From a virus: a DNA stretch of 32,635 nucleotides. The notes under the pieces were generated by a model. That model was not told the DNA's origin. It was given only the letters and a program-made list of their open reading frames with translations, and did no database searches. The stretch lies in UHGV virus genome UHGV-0186667; one strand, given 5' to 3'. Positions within the stretch are counted from its first letter, which is position 1. Each line of letters begins with the position of its first letter. Position numbers and translations under genes: made by a program. Below are positions 9,199 to 18,815 of this stretch, in pieces.

Positions 9199-10872
9199 AT
9201 GGAAAAATATCAAGATGAGGAATATGTAGATGATTTAACTGAGCGTGTTTTTCTCATTAAGCAACAACTGGAAGCGGGAAAACTAAAAATAGCTCATCAT
9301 CTTGTAGAAGGTTTTATTGAAAGTTTTAAAAGAATAAGGCTGCGACAGGATGGTAAAGTTGACCCTTCTACTGTTGATGGCAGAATAAGGGCTATGGGAG
9401 CAGCGGTTAATCACTTTTTAGAAAGAGAAGATATAAAAAACAAATACTCTATTCAGGACTTGCAAAGTTCTTACTTTAATATTCTTTTTAGTAATTTTGG
9501 CGAGTTGTTTTATCTGATGAAAAAAACTAATGCAACGCCACATAAAGCATCAAGTTTTTTTTCTCAACAAGAAGAATATGTTAAGCAAATAGAAGATATT
9601 TTTCCTGAGTTATATAATCAGGTAATAGAGTTTTGGCAGGTAACATCCGATATTGGTGTAATACATTTGCAGGATGGTTCTCAGTTTAAAGCTAATTTTT
9701 CTGGTGACTTATTTCCTGCATTTGATGAGAATGCTGTCTCTATTGCAGGGTTGTATGTTGATACTATTTCACTTCCATGTCCTATATTAAGAGTCGGTCG
9801 TCTCTATGAAAAGTCAGATAAGGCTGAGTTTACAAGGATACTTCTGAAGCATGTCCTAACATGTATGACATATAAAGAAGTAGCGCTTGAAGATATAGAG
9901 CCAGCAATAGTATTAATTTTGCCGGATAGAAGAGATTTTGAAACTGAGAGCAAAAAAAATTTGATGAGTTTTTGTGAGCCTTATGCTCTGACTCATGCGC
10001 AATATCTCTATGATCGACGGTTCGAAAGCTACGATGAATTTCGAGATTTTAGTTATTCGATGAATGATATTGATGCTGTTCTTAAAAATATTAAGAGAGC
10101 AGATAGACTTATTTTTGATACAGCATGGGGGCTAAATCCAAAAACTCAATTAGAAAAACTACTATCTGATAAAAAAAGAATATCACGTAATGTTGTTGGT
10201 GATCATGCTGGAATGGAGGTTTTCCTTTCCTGCATTGGAAGAATGCCGCAAGCCTATTCAGCAAAATGTAATGCACAAGAACTTGGTAGTACTCCATATA
10301 TAAATGCAGACACATCTTGGCTCTATTATACTTGGCTTATTGAGTACGAATCTCTTAATTTTGATGTCAATGATATTGAACTAAAAAATTTGCATATGGT
10401 TCATGCGTTATCTGCTGGTATGCAAGATGGTTTTTCATGGTTAGGAAATGTACCGGTCAATAAAATAATTGAGTTGAGACGTAACAAATTGATGGAGGAT
10501 GTAAGATCCATCTTATCAAATGGTGTTGACTCTTTAATCAATTCTTCGGCAGAGAGCTTTTCGAGGACAACGCAAAAAGTAATTGATAATGTAGACCGGG
10601 CTTTTATTGAACATCAAAGGATTCTTGCAAAAGCCCAAAAAGAGAAATTGAGAATTTACGGACTAGATGTCCTACCATGTATCGCAAATGGTGCTATAGC
10701 AATTGCTGGAGCGCTGACTGGCAATACTACTTTAACGGCGTTAAGTGCAGGCCTTGGAGTAATAGGTATTCCGAGTATTAGTGATATCAAATCTAAATTT
10801 AAGCAGAGGCAAGAGAAGCTTGATGCCTATCAACGTTCTGTTACAGGTATACTCTTTAGCCATAAATCTTAA
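9199..10872 (+). CDS. Hypothetical 557-aa cargo protein with C-terminal hydrophobic Gly/Ala-rich segment
   Basis: Long uninterrupted ORF, strongly AT-rich, SD GGAG 5 nt upstream. No Walker A, no YxDD, no recognisable catalytic motif. C-terminal stretch IANGAIAIAGALTGNTTLTALSAGLGVIGIPSI looks membrane-inserting. Confidence 0.7.
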   Translation: MEKYQDEEYVDDLTERVFLIKQQLEAGKLKIAHHLVEGFIESFKRIRLRQDGKVDPSTVDGRIRAMGAAVNHFLEREDIKNKYSIQDLQSSYFNILFSNFGELFYLMKKTNATPHKASSFFSQQEEYVKQIEDIFPELYNQVIEFWQVTSDIGVIHLQDGSQFKANFSGDLFPAFDENAVSIAGLYVDTISLPCPILRVGRLYEKSDKAEFTRILLKHVLTCMTYKEVALEDIEPAIVLILPDRRDFETESKKNLMSFCEPYALTHAQYLYDRRFESYDEFRDFSYSMNDIDAVLKNIKRADRLIFDTAWGLNPKTQLEKLLSDKKRISRNVVGDHAGMEVFLSCIGRMPQAYSAKCNAQELGSTPYINADTSWLYYTWLIEYESLNFDVNDIELKNLHMVHALSAGMQDGFSWLGNVPVNKIIELRRNKLMEDVRSILSNGVDSLINSSAESFSRTTQKVIDNVDRAFIEHQRILAKAQKEKLRIYGLDVLPCIANGAIAIAGALTGNTTLTALSAGLGVIGIPSISDIKSKFKQRQEKLDAYQRSVTGILFSHKS

Positions 10873-10878
10873 TGTAGA

Positions 10879-10907
10879 GGGCCGAGGTATTCGGCCCTTA
10901 GTTTTAT
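10879..10907. terminator. Hairpin terminator between the 557-aa gene and the portal gene
   Basis: GGGCCGA (10879-10885), loop GGTAT, TCGGCCC (10891-10897), then TTAGTTTTAT. The T-tract overlaps the portal stop codon. Confidence 0.45.
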
Positions 10908-11935
10908 ATGAAACTGTATGGCATGAATTTTATTATGTCATCTTTGAGCCATTTATTGAGTTCTTCTATTCTGTTTTGTAGCGGTATCAATTCATTACGC
11001 ATAAAAACCTTACTAGCCTTCTCCACATCCCCAAATCCCCCAACATTATTCGGCATTATCCCCATCATTTGCGGCGGCACTCGGTGTGCTGCCATCATGT
11101 CATCCCGGCTCACGTTCTTGATATTCAAAAATTCATCCTTTGCCGCGACTTCTGATAACGGGATGATTTGAAGCCCGTCCTTTTTGCCGTTAGGCGAGTA
11201 CATAAACAGATTGCGGAAGTTGCCTGGACCTTTGGCGCTTTTCATTGCGTTGCGGAGGTTGTTCACATCCTCCTGGTTCTGCGCGGTATCGGTCATGTAC
11301 ATGATGAAGCCTGCATGGCTGCCGTTGATGTAATACTTACGGCGGAACAGCGTGGCGGACTCGTTGAGCAGGGCTGACGGAATGGCAGAAAGATAGCCGG
11401 GCAGGCCGTAGATCTCCTGGTTAATGTCCGGTTCCATCAGATGAAAAATGCTGCCTTTCGTGAACTGATACGGCTGGGTTGTCATACCGTATTGCACAAA
11501 CCAGTAGGTATCCAGGTCTAACCCGCGTCGGGTGTATTTTGCCAGAGCAGGCTCAAGGGCGATAACTTCACCGAAGCGGTTCGTGCGTTTCTCCAGGTAG
11601 GCGTTACCAAATACCAGATAGTCCTGCACAAAACGTGAAAAAGCCTGCTGGCTGAGCAGCGGATGGGGGATGTAGGTACTGGTCAGAATGTTGCATTTCA
11701 CCGCAATTGGTGAACTGTGATGCACGGCGGCGCGGAAGGTGCGTGCCAGTCCGTCAAAGCTTACTGGCGGCTCATACCAGCGATCTGTCTGTACGCATTC
11801 CACATAGTCCAGTAGTTCGCGGCGGTCCAGAACAGGAACGGGATCACCGAAGCTGAATGCTTCGGCTGTAGTTTGACTTTTATGCTGGATCTGGTTCGTC
11901 GACGCAGCGCGGTTCTTCTTACTCTTTCCCATCAA
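10904..11935 (-). CDS. Q: Portal protein (P2 gpQ)
   Basis: 343 aa (P2 Q is about 344), minus strand, immediately downstream of the terminase gene. Confidence 0.85.
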   Translation of the reverse strand: MMGKSKKNRAASTNQIQHKSQTTAEAFSFGDPVPVLDRRELLDYVECVQTDRWYEPPVSFDGLARTFRAAVHHSSPIAVKCNILTSTYIPHPLLSQQAFSRFVQDYLVFGNAYLEKRTNRFGEVIALEPALAKYTRRGLDLDTYWFVQYGMTTQPYQFTKGSIFHLMEPDINQEIYGLPGYLSAIPSALLNESATLFRRKYYINGSHAGFIMYMTDTAQNQEDVNNLRNAMKSAKGPGNFRNLFMYSPNGKKDGLQIIPLSEVAAKDEFLNIKNVSRDDMMAAHRVPPQMMGIMPNNVGGFGDVEKASKVFMRNELIPLQNRIEELNKWLKDDIIKFMPYSFI

Positions 11936-13698
11936 AAAATCTCCACAATATTACTGGTATTGGCGGACTCGCCCTGCAGTGGTTCGTTAAACAGTGCGTG
12001 CATTGTTGCCCAGGCCAGATCGGCGTGGCTGGCTTCTTCGCTGCGGCTGGCTTCATAGGTCGGGCGGTTGCCGCTGGCGGTGGTGGCGCGACGGATTGCC
12101 ATGAATGACTGCGCAATGTCGGTGTGCCCGGCGTCAAACTCCAGACGGCGGTGGCTGATAATGTCGTAGGCCTTGAGCACCAGGGCGTTTTTAACGTTGG
12201 GGTTGTAGACAAACTCCCGGACGGCAGGAAAGAATGCTTTCACGTTCTCGTAAACCCCGTGACCAACGCCGGTTGAGTCGATACCGATATAAGTCACGTT
12301 GTACTGTTCGGTCAGTTTTTTGATGGCGTCAGCCTGAGCGCGGAAGTCCATCCCGCGCCACTGGTGACGCTCAAGAATGCGGAATTTACCGCCCGGTACG
12401 GCTGGCGGTGCCACCACCACGCATCCGGCACTGTCGCCGTTCTGAGTACCTTTTGCGGGGTCATAACCGATCCATACTTCGCGCCAGCCAAACGGGCGCA
12501 GGGCCAGTGCATGAAAGTCGGTCCAGATTTCCCAGCTGTCCACCATGCACGCCTGCAGTTCGCTGAGCGGGAACACGGACGCGAGATCGTCCACGAACTC
12601 GCACATCAGCAGGTTCTGGTATTCGTCCGGGCTGTACTCCATGCGCAGCTGGTCGAGGTCGAACAGGTTACAGCCGCCGCGCACCGCATCTTCCACGGTG
12701 ACTATCTGGCGGTATTGCCCGTCTGCGCACAGCAGGCCGGGGGCCAGATTGCTGTGGGACAGGTCGATGTCCACCTTGTCAGCTTTGTTGCGTCCACGGT
12801 TGAACAGCGCACCGGACCAGAACGGATAAGCACTGTGGGTCAGGCTGGATGGCGTGGAAAAATAGGTTTGTCGCCATTTCTTGTGAATAGCCATCCCGGA
12901 AGCCACTTTGCGCAGCTCCTGGAATTTCGGGATCCAGAAATATTCATCCAGATACAGGTTGCCGTGGTAACTCTGGGCCGTGCGGGCATTGGTTCCGAGG
13001 AAGTAAAGCGTGGCCCCATTAGGAAGCACCATCGGATCGCCTTTCAGCTCCACCTCCACTTCTTTGGCGAAGTCGATGATGTACTGCTTAAAGACGTGGG
13101 CCTGTGCCTTGCTGGCGGAAAGGAAAATCTGGTTACGCCCGGTTAGCAGGGCGTCAATCAGGGCTTCACGGGCAAAATAGAAGGTCGCGCCGATCTGGCG
13201 TGACTTCAGCAGGTTGCGGATGCGGTTGGTTTTTCCGGCTTCCCACCAGTGGCGCTGGTAGTTGAACATGGAGGAATGGAAGATTTCTTCCAGCTTCTCA
13301 ATCTGTTCATCGGTGAAAACGTTCTTTTCCGGCTGACGGCGCGGGCCTTTGTTGCGGTTGGCGACGTTAGGGTTTAAGTCGGCTTCGTTGCCGCCATTGT
13401 TAAACTTGCCGATCCGCGCATGGCGCTCCGACTGGCGCGCCAGCAGGTCAATCTCTTTGAAATCTTTCCCTTCTTTGTGCTCCTTCATAATGAGCTGGCA
13501 GTAGCGTGCGGCGGTGGTGAGCTGCATCTGATCCAGCGGCCCATAGTCACCCCACTTGTCGCGTTTTTTCCAGCTGTGAACGGTTGCAACTTTCTCGCCC
13601 AGCATTTCAGCAATGCGGGCTACGCGGTATCCCTGAAAGTACAGCAGCATGGCCTGCCGACGGGGATCGAGATCTGCGGGTGTCAGTGTGGTGTTCAT
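11932..13698 (-). CDS. P: Terminase large subunit, ATPase (P2 gpP)
   Basis: 588 aa (P2 P is about 590), minus strand, divergent from the capsid operon. Confidence 0.85.
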   Translation of the reverse strand: MNTTLTPADLDPRRQAMLLYFQGYRVARIAEMLGEKVATVHSWKKRDKWGDYGPLDQMQLTTAARYCQLIMKEHKEGKDFKEIDLLARQSERHARIGKFNNGGNEADLNPNVANRNKGPRRQPEKNVFTDEQIEKLEEIFHSSMFNYQRHWWEAGKTNRIRNLLKSRQIGATFYFAREALIDALLTGRNQIFLSASKAQAHVFKQYIIDFAKEVEVELKGDPMVLPNGATLYFLGTNARTAQSYHGNLYLDEYFWIPKFQELRKVASGMAIHKKWRQTYFSTPSSLTHSAYPFWSGALFNRGRNKADKVDIDLSHSNLAPGLLCADGQYRQIVTVEDAVRGGCNLFDLDQLRMEYSPDEYQNLLMCEFVDDLASVFPLSELQACMVDSWEIWTDFHALALRPFGWREVWIGYDPAKGTQNGDSAGCVVVAPPAVPGGKFRILERHQWRGMDFRAQADAIKKLTEQYNVTYIGIDSTGVGHGVYENVKAFFPAVREFVYNPNVKNALVLKAYDIISHRRLEFDAGHTDIAQSFMAIRRATTASGNRPTYEASRSEEASHADLAWATMHALFNEPLQGESANTSNIVEIF

Positions 13699-13744
13699 GG
13701 CACAAACCTACAGCCTTGAATGAAGGCTTTCCCCGCCTGCGGTT

Positions 13745-13762
13745 TGTGTGGTTGTCGGTACA
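13745..13762. promoter_or_regulatory. Late promoter activator site (Ogr-type TGT-N12-ACA dyad)
   Basis: TGTGTGGTTGTCGGTACA in the P/O divergent intergenic region, centred about 87 bp upstream of the O start codon. Confidence 0.5.
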
Positions 13763-13840
13763 AATACCGCGCATTGTTTCACTGCCCCCATCACCGCAAC
13801 CATAAGGCTCCAGTAAGTTTTTTCTAACGGAGCACGGCTC

Positions 13841-14674
13841 ATGACAGTGAAAGCAAAGCGTTTTCGCATCGGGGTGGAAGGTGCCACCACCGACGGACGC
13901 GAAATCCAGCGTGAATGGCTGGAACAGATGGCAGCCAGCTACAACCCGGCGGTGTATACCGCGCTGATTAACCTTGAGCACATCAAGTCTTATCTGCCGG
14001 ACAGCACCTTTAACCGCTACGGCAAGGTGACGGCGCTGTTTGCTGAAGAAATCACGGAAGGTCCGCTGGCAGGCAAGATGGCGCTGTATGCCGACGTTGA
14101 GCCAACGGAGTCCCTGGTGGAACTGGTGAAAAAAGGCCAGAAATTATTCACCTCTATGGAAGTCAGCCCGAAGTTCGCTGATACGGGCAAAGCCTATCTG
14201 GTCGGCCTGGCTGCCACTGATGACCCTGCCAGTCTGGGTACGGAAATGCTGACATTCAGCGCCAGTGCAGCCCATAACCCGCTGGCAAACCGCAAGCAGA
14301 ATCCTGCCAATCTCTTTACCGCTGCAGAGGAAACGGTGATCGAACTGGAAGAAATCCAGGACGACAAACCGTCCCTGTTTGCCCGCGTCACGGCGCTGTT
14401 TACCAAAAAAGAGCAGTCCGATGACGCCCGGTTCTCTGATGTGCATAAGGCCGTGGAGTTGGTCGCCACTGAGCAGCAGAACCTGAGCGCACGCACCGAA
14501 AAATCCCTGTCTGAGCAGGAAGAACGCCTGTCTGAGCTGGAGACTGCCCTGCAGGCACAGCAAACCGCCTTTAACGAACTGGTGGACAAGCTGAGTCATG
14601 AAGACAGTCGCCAGGACTACCGCCAGCGTGCAACAGGCGGTAACGCCCCCGCTGACACTCTGACCAATTGCTGA
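13841..14674 (+). CDS. O: Capsid scaffold protein (P2 gpO)
   Basis: 277 aa, first gene of the rightward capsid operon; acidic, coiled-coil-like C-terminal half. Confidence 0.8.
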   Translation: MTVKAKRFRIGVEGATTDGREIQREWLEQMAASYNPAVYTALINLEHIKSYLPDSTFNRYGKVTALFAEEITEGPLAGKMALYADVEPTESLVELVKKGQKLFTSMEVSPKFADTGKAYLVGLAATDDPASLGTEMLTFSASAAHNPLANRKQNPANLFTAAEETVIELEEIQDDKPSLFARVTALFTKKEQSDDARFSDVHKAVELVATEQQNLSARTEKSLSEQEERLSELETALQAQQTAFNELVDKLSHEDSRQDYRQRATGGNAPADTLTNC

Positions 14675-14690
14675 TGGAGCACAAAACTCG

Positions 14691-15749
14691 ATGAAGAAGA
14701 ATACCCGCTTTGCTTTTAACGCTTACCTGCAGCAGCTGGCGCGTCTGAACGGTGTGGCAGTTGAAGAACTGTCCAGCAAGTTCACCGTGGAGCCGTCTGT
14801 GCAGCAGACGCTGGAAGACCAGATCCAGCAGTCCGCCGCATTCCTGACGCTGATTAACGTCACGCCAGTGACTGAGCAGTCCGGTCAGCTGCTGGGGCTG
14901 GGAGTTGGCAGCACCATTGCCGGAACCACTGACACCACCGCGAAAGAGCGTGAACCTGTCGATCCGACGCTGATGGTCGATGTGGAATATAAATGCGAGC
15001 AGACCAACTTTGACACGGTGCTGACCTACGCGAAGCTGGACCTGTGGGCGAAGTTTCAGGATTTCCAGGTGCGCATCCGTGACGCCATCGTGAAACGTCA
15101 GGCTCTGGACCGCATCATGATCGGCTTTAACGGCGTGAAGCGTGCGAAAACCTCCAACCGTAGCGAAAACCCGCTGCTACAGGATGTGAACAAAGGCTGG
15201 CTGCAGAAAATCCGTGAGGATGCACCGGATCACGTCATGGGCAGCACCACCACGGGCGGTAAAACCACACCGGGCGCAGTGAAAGTCGGCAAAGGTGGCG
15301 AATATGCCAACCTGGACGCTGTAGTGATGGATGCGGTCAATGAGCTTATCGACGTGGTCTACCAGGACGATGACGATCTGGTGGTGATTTGCGGTCGTGA
15401 ACTGCTGTCTGACAAGTATTTCCCGCTGGTCAACAAAGAGCAGGAAAACAGTGAAAAACTGGCTGCCGATATGATCATCAGCCAGAAACGCATGGGTGGC
15501 CTGCAGGCCGTGCGTGCGCCATTCTTCCCGCCGAATGCGCTGCTGATCACCCGTCTGGATAACCTGTCCATCTACTGGCAGGAAGACACCCGCCGCCGTT
15601 CAGTTATCGACAACCCGAAACGTGACCGGATTGAAAACTTTGAATCCGTTAACGAAGCCTATGTGGTTGAGGACTACCGCTGCGCCGCACTGGTGGAAAA
15701 CATCCAGATTGGCGACTTCAGCGCCGCAGCAGCAGAAACCGGAGCGTAA
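14691..15749 (+). CDS. N: Major capsid protein (P2 gpN)
   Basis: 352 aa; the translation aligns closely by eye with P2 N (FNAYL...SKKFTVEPSV, VGKGG.YA.LDA.VMDA, ISQKR). Confidence 0.85.
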   Translation: MKKNTRFAFNAYLQQLARLNGVAVEELSSKFTVEPSVQQTLEDQIQQSAAFLTLINVTPVTEQSGQLLGLGVGSTIAGTTDTTAKEREPVDPTLMVDVEYKCEQTNFDTVLTYAKLDLWAKFQDFQVRIRDAIVKRQALDRIMIGFNGVKRAKTSNRSENPLLQDVNKGWLQKIREDAPDHVMGSTTTGGKTTPGAVKVGKGGEYANLDAVVMDAVNELIDVVYQDDDDLVVICGRELLSDKYFPLVNKEQENSEKLAADMIISQKRMGGLQAVRAPFFPPNALLITRLDNLSIYWQEDTRRRSVIDNPKRDRIENFESVNEAYVVEDYRCAALVENIQIGDFSAAAAETGA

Positions 15750-15752
15750 TTC

Positions 15753-16403
15753 ATGAGCCTGAGTCCCGCACGGCAGCATCGCCTGCGCGTTCAGGCTGAA
15801 CAGGCCGCCCGCGAGGGCGGCAGCGTTCGCCACGCGTCGGGCTATGACCTGATGCTGCTGCAACTGGCGGAAGACCGCCGCCGTCTCAAGGGCGTTCAGT
15901 CCACGGTCAAAAAAGCGGAAATCAAGGTGGAGCTGCTGCCGAAGTACGCCGCCTGGGCGGAGGGTGTCCTGGCTGCCGGAGGCGCTCAACAGGATGACGT
16001 GCTGATGTACGTGATGCTGTGGCGCATTGATGCCGGAGATTATGCCGGGGCGCTGGAGATCGGGCGTCACGCCCTGCGTCATGGCTGGGTGATGCCGTTA
16101 GGTAACCGCAACGTGCAGACCGTGCTGGCAGAGGAAATGGCAGATGCAGCCCAGAGCGCAATGCTTGCCGCCACCGGCTTTGATGCCGATCTGTTGCTGC
16201 AGACCCTGGAGCTGACAGACGGTATGGATATGCCGGACCAGTCACGGGCGCGTCTGCATAAAGCGATTGGCGCTGTCCTGAGTGAAAGCAATCCGGCGTC
16301 TGCCCTTAATCATCTCAACCATGCGTTACAGCTCGATCCCCGCTGTGGCGTGAAAAAAGACAAACAGCAGCTGGAGCGCAGACTGCGCAATGACAGCCGC
16401 TGA
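15753..16403 (+). CDS. M: Terminase small/endonuclease subunit (P2 gpM)
   Basis: 216 aa immediately after N, as in P2. Confidence 0.8.
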   Translation: MSLSPARQHRLRVQAEQAAREGGSVRHASGYDLMLLQLAEDRRRLKGVQSTVKKAEIKVELLPKYAAWAEGVLAAGGAQQDDVLMYVMLWRIDAGDYAGALEIGRHALRHGWVMPLGNRNVQTVLAEEMADAAQSAMLAATGFDADLLLQTLELTDGMDMPDQSRARLHKAIGAVLSESNPASALNHLNHALQLDPRCGVKKDKQQLERRLRNDSR

Positions 16404-16498
16404 CAGAACGTGCCCCCGCGCACGGGCGGCACGGGGTGGCGAAAGGCACTGCCACATCAAAACCCCGTCCACCGCCCTCTATTTCAGGAGAAAGCAGC

Positions 16499-16963
16499 AT
16501 GAAGTTTGTTGCGCCAGAACAGGCACCGGAACAGGCGGAAATCATCAGGAATACGCCGTTCTGGCCTGATGTGGACCTGTCGGAGTTTCGCAGTGTGATG
16601 CGCACTGACGGCACGGTGACGCAGCCGCGTTTAAAACAGGTTGCCCTGTCGGCAATTTCGGAGGTCAACGCAGAGCTGTATGAGTTTCGCAGACGCCAGC
16701 AGATGCTGGGGTATGCCTCGCTGGCAGAAGTCCCGGCGGAACAACTGGACGGCAAAAGCGAGCGCATTCAGCACTATTTCAACGCGGTTTACTGCTGGGC
16801 ACGCGCCATGCTCAACGAACGTTACCAGGACTATGACGCCACGGCATCCGGTGCGAAGCGAGGCGAGGAACTGGCGGAAGCAAGCGGTGATTTATGGCGT
16901 GACGCCCGCTGGGCCATCAGCCGGGTGCAGGATGCGCCGCACTGCACAGTGGAGCTTATCTGA
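16499..16963 (+). CDS. L: Head completion protein (P2 gpL)
   Basis: Start moved to ATG 16499, which has AGGAG 8-9 nt upstream; the ORF track begins at an upstream in-frame codon (16436). Confidence 0.7.
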   Translation: MKFVAPEQAPEQAEIIRNTPFWPDVDLSEFRSVMRTDGTVTQPRLKQVALSAISEVNAELYEFRRRQQMLGYASLAEVPAEQLDGKSERIQHYFNAVYCWARAMLNERYQDYDATASGAKRGEELAEASGDLWRDARWAISRVQDAPHCTVELI

Positions 16964-17166
16964 TGAAAGTGCGTGCGCATCAGTATGACACGGTGGACGC
17001 ACTTTGCTGGCGTCATTACGGGCGCACGCAGGGTGTCACGGAGCAGGTACTGAAGGCAAATCCGGGGCTTGCCGAATACGGCCCCTTTTTACCTCACGGG
17101 CTGCAGGTGGAGCTGCCGGACATTCCGACAACCACCACCGTGCAGACCGTCCAGCTATGGGACTGA
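16963..17166 (+). CDS. X: Tail protein X
   Basis: 67 aa, same size and position as P2 gpX. Confidence 0.7.
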   Translation: MKVRAHQYDTVDALCWRHYGRTQGVTEQVLKANPGLAEYGPFLPHGLQVELPDIPTTTTVQTVQLWD

Positions 17167-17169
17167 ATT

Positions 17170-17385
17170 ATGACGCTTGAGCGAATCAGCGCCTTTATCA
17201 CGTATTGCATCGCCGTCGTGCTGGCCTGGCTGGGCGATTTGTCCATCAAGGATGCCTCAACGCTGGGCGGCCTGATGATCGGTGTGCTGATGCTGGCTAT
17301 CAACTGGTACTACAAACACAAAGCCTACCAGCTTCTGCGCGACGGGCAGATCTCGCGGGAGGACTATGAATCCATCAATCGTTAA
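17170..17385 (+). CDS. Putative holin (pinholin-like, two TM segments)
   Basis: 71 aa with two hydrophobic segments and a charged C-terminus, directly upstream of a SAR-type endolysin. Confidence 0.55.
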   Translation: MTLERISAFITYCIAVVLAWLGDLSIKDASTLGGLMIGVLMLAINWYYKHKAYQLLRDGQISREDYESINR

Positions 17386-17878
17386 ACGCTGCCTTGTCGG
17401 GGCCGTGCTGGCTATTGCTGCCACGCTGCCGGGTTTTCAGCAGCTTCACACCTCCGTGGAAGGGCTGAAACTGATTGCCGATTACGAAGGTTGTCGTCTG
17501 CAGCCGTATCAGTGCAGCGCGGGTGTCTGGACCGACGGCATTGGTAATACGTCGGGCGTCATTCCCGGCAAAACCATTACGGAGCGACAGGCAGCAGAAG
17601 GGCTGATCTCCAACGTGCTGCGTGTGGAGCGGGCGCTGGAAAGGTGTGTGAAGCAACAGCCGCCGCAGAAGGTGTATGACGCTGCGGTGTCGTTTGCCTT
17701 CAACGTGGGTACGGGCAATGCCTGCAGTTCCACGCTGGTGAAATTGCTCAATCAGCGGCGCTGGGCGGATGCGTGCCGACAGTTGCCGCGCTGGGTGTAT
17801 GTAAAAGGTGTGTTTAATCAGGGGCTGGATAACCGCCGTGCGCGGGAGATGGCCTGGTGCTTACAGGGAGCAAACTGA
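17366..17878 (+). CDS. Endolysin, lysozyme-like with N-terminal signal-arrest-release segment
   Basis: 170 aa. N-terminus MNPSIVKRCLVGAVLAIAATLPG is a weakly hydrophobic Gly/Ala-rich segment; the body resembles phage 21 R-type lysozymes. Confidence 0.8.
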   Translation: MNPSIVKRCLVGAVLAIAATLPGFQQLHTSVEGLKLIADYEGCRLQPYQCSAGVWTDGIGNTSGVIPGKTITERQAAEGLISNVLRVERALERCVKQQPPQKVYDAAVSFAFNVGTGNACSSTLVKLLNQRRWADACRQLPRWVYVKGVFNQGLDNRRAREMAWCLQGAN

Positions 17879-17879
17879 A

Positions 17880-18257
17880 ATGAAAAAGAAAGTAATCAGC
17901 GGGCTGTTTCTGATGTTATGGATAGCGCTGTTAATCGCCGCAATGGTGTATCCGCAGGGGATTTTTCCGGTACTGGCAGCATCTGGTGTCTGGGTAGCCT
18001 GTCTGCTGACATGGGCAGTAATTCCGGTATCACTGGCTGCGTTAATTAAGAACGGCCCGCTCTGGCAGGAGTTGAGGGCATCTTTGCTGAAGACAATTAC
18101 CCGAAAAGAAAACGTATTTATCAGCTGGATGATGCGATTGCTGATTGTCGTAAGTTTCGCCTGGACGGGGTGGGCTATTACCCTGGTCTTTTATCTGCTG
18201 ACCGTTATTGCCTTCTGGATGATCCGTAATCAGATTGCGCAACAGGTAGCAGCATGA
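17880..18257 (+). CDS. LysA-like multi-pass membrane protein
   Basis: About 125 aa from ATG 17880 with four hydrophobic segments; lies between the endolysin and the spanins. Confidence 0.5.
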   Translation: MKKKVISGLFLMLWIALLIAAMVYPQGIFPVLAASGVWVACLLTWAVIPVSLAALIKNGPLWQELRASLLKTITRKENVFISWMMRLLIVVSFAWTGWAITLVFYLLTVIAFWMIRNQIAQQVAA

Positions 18258-18682
18258 ACCGGTTGCTGCTGGTTGTGTTGGCGTTATTACTGGCGGCGCT
18301 GGGCTGGCAGACGTGGCGGCTGGCTGATGCCAGCCAGACCATCAGCACGCAGGCAGACGAGCTTCGGAGCAAAAGCCAGGCACTGGCAAAGAGCAACAGC
18401 CAGCTTATCAGCCTGTCCATTCTGACTGAAACCAATAACCGGGAGCAGGCGCGGCTCTATGCCGAAGCAGAACAGACCAGTGTACTGCTGAGACAACGAC
18501 TACACCGGATTGAGGAACTGAAACGTGAGAACGAGGATTTACGCCGCTGGGCTGATACTCCTTTGCCTGCTTACATTATCCGGCTGCGGGAACGCCCCAC
18601 ACTCACCGGAGGTGCAGCTTACCGTCAGTGGTTGTCCGCGAGTGACGCCGTGTCGGCTGGGGCAGGCAGCGCCGCGCACTAA
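18254..18682 (+). CDS. Inner-membrane spanin (LysB/Rz-like)
   Basis: 142 aa with an N-terminal TM segment and a coiled-coil-like body. Confidence 0.65.
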   Translation: MNRLLLVVLALLLAALGWQTWRLADASQTISTQADELRSKSQALAKSNSQLISLSILTETNNREQARLYAEAEQTSVLLRQRLHRIEELKRENEDLRRWADTPLPAYIIRLRERPTLTGGAAYRQWLSASDAVSAGAGSAAH

Positions 18683-18815
18683 CGGTGACCTGAACGCGTT
18701 GCTGGATGAAACGGAGGCCGCCTGGGCGGTCTGTGCAGACAAAGTGGACATGATTATTGCGTGTCAGGAGCGAAACAGTGAACAAACCACAATCCCTGCG
18801 CCACGCCCTCAATAA
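18525..18815 (+). CDS. Outer-membrane spanin lipoprotein (LysC/Rz1-like)
   Basis: 96 aa in an alternative frame overlapping the 3' part of LysB; lipobox LTLSGC near the N-terminus. Confidence 0.65.
   Translation: MRTRIYAAGLILLCLLTLSGCGNAPHSPEVQLTVSGCPRVTPCRLGQAAPRTNGDLNALLDETEAAWAVCADKVDMIIACQERNSEQTTIPAPRPQ

Noticed and set aside
12364-13146. 260-aa plus-strand ORF
   Set aside because: Antisense within the terminase large-subunit gene; no start context and synteny supports the minus-strand gene.
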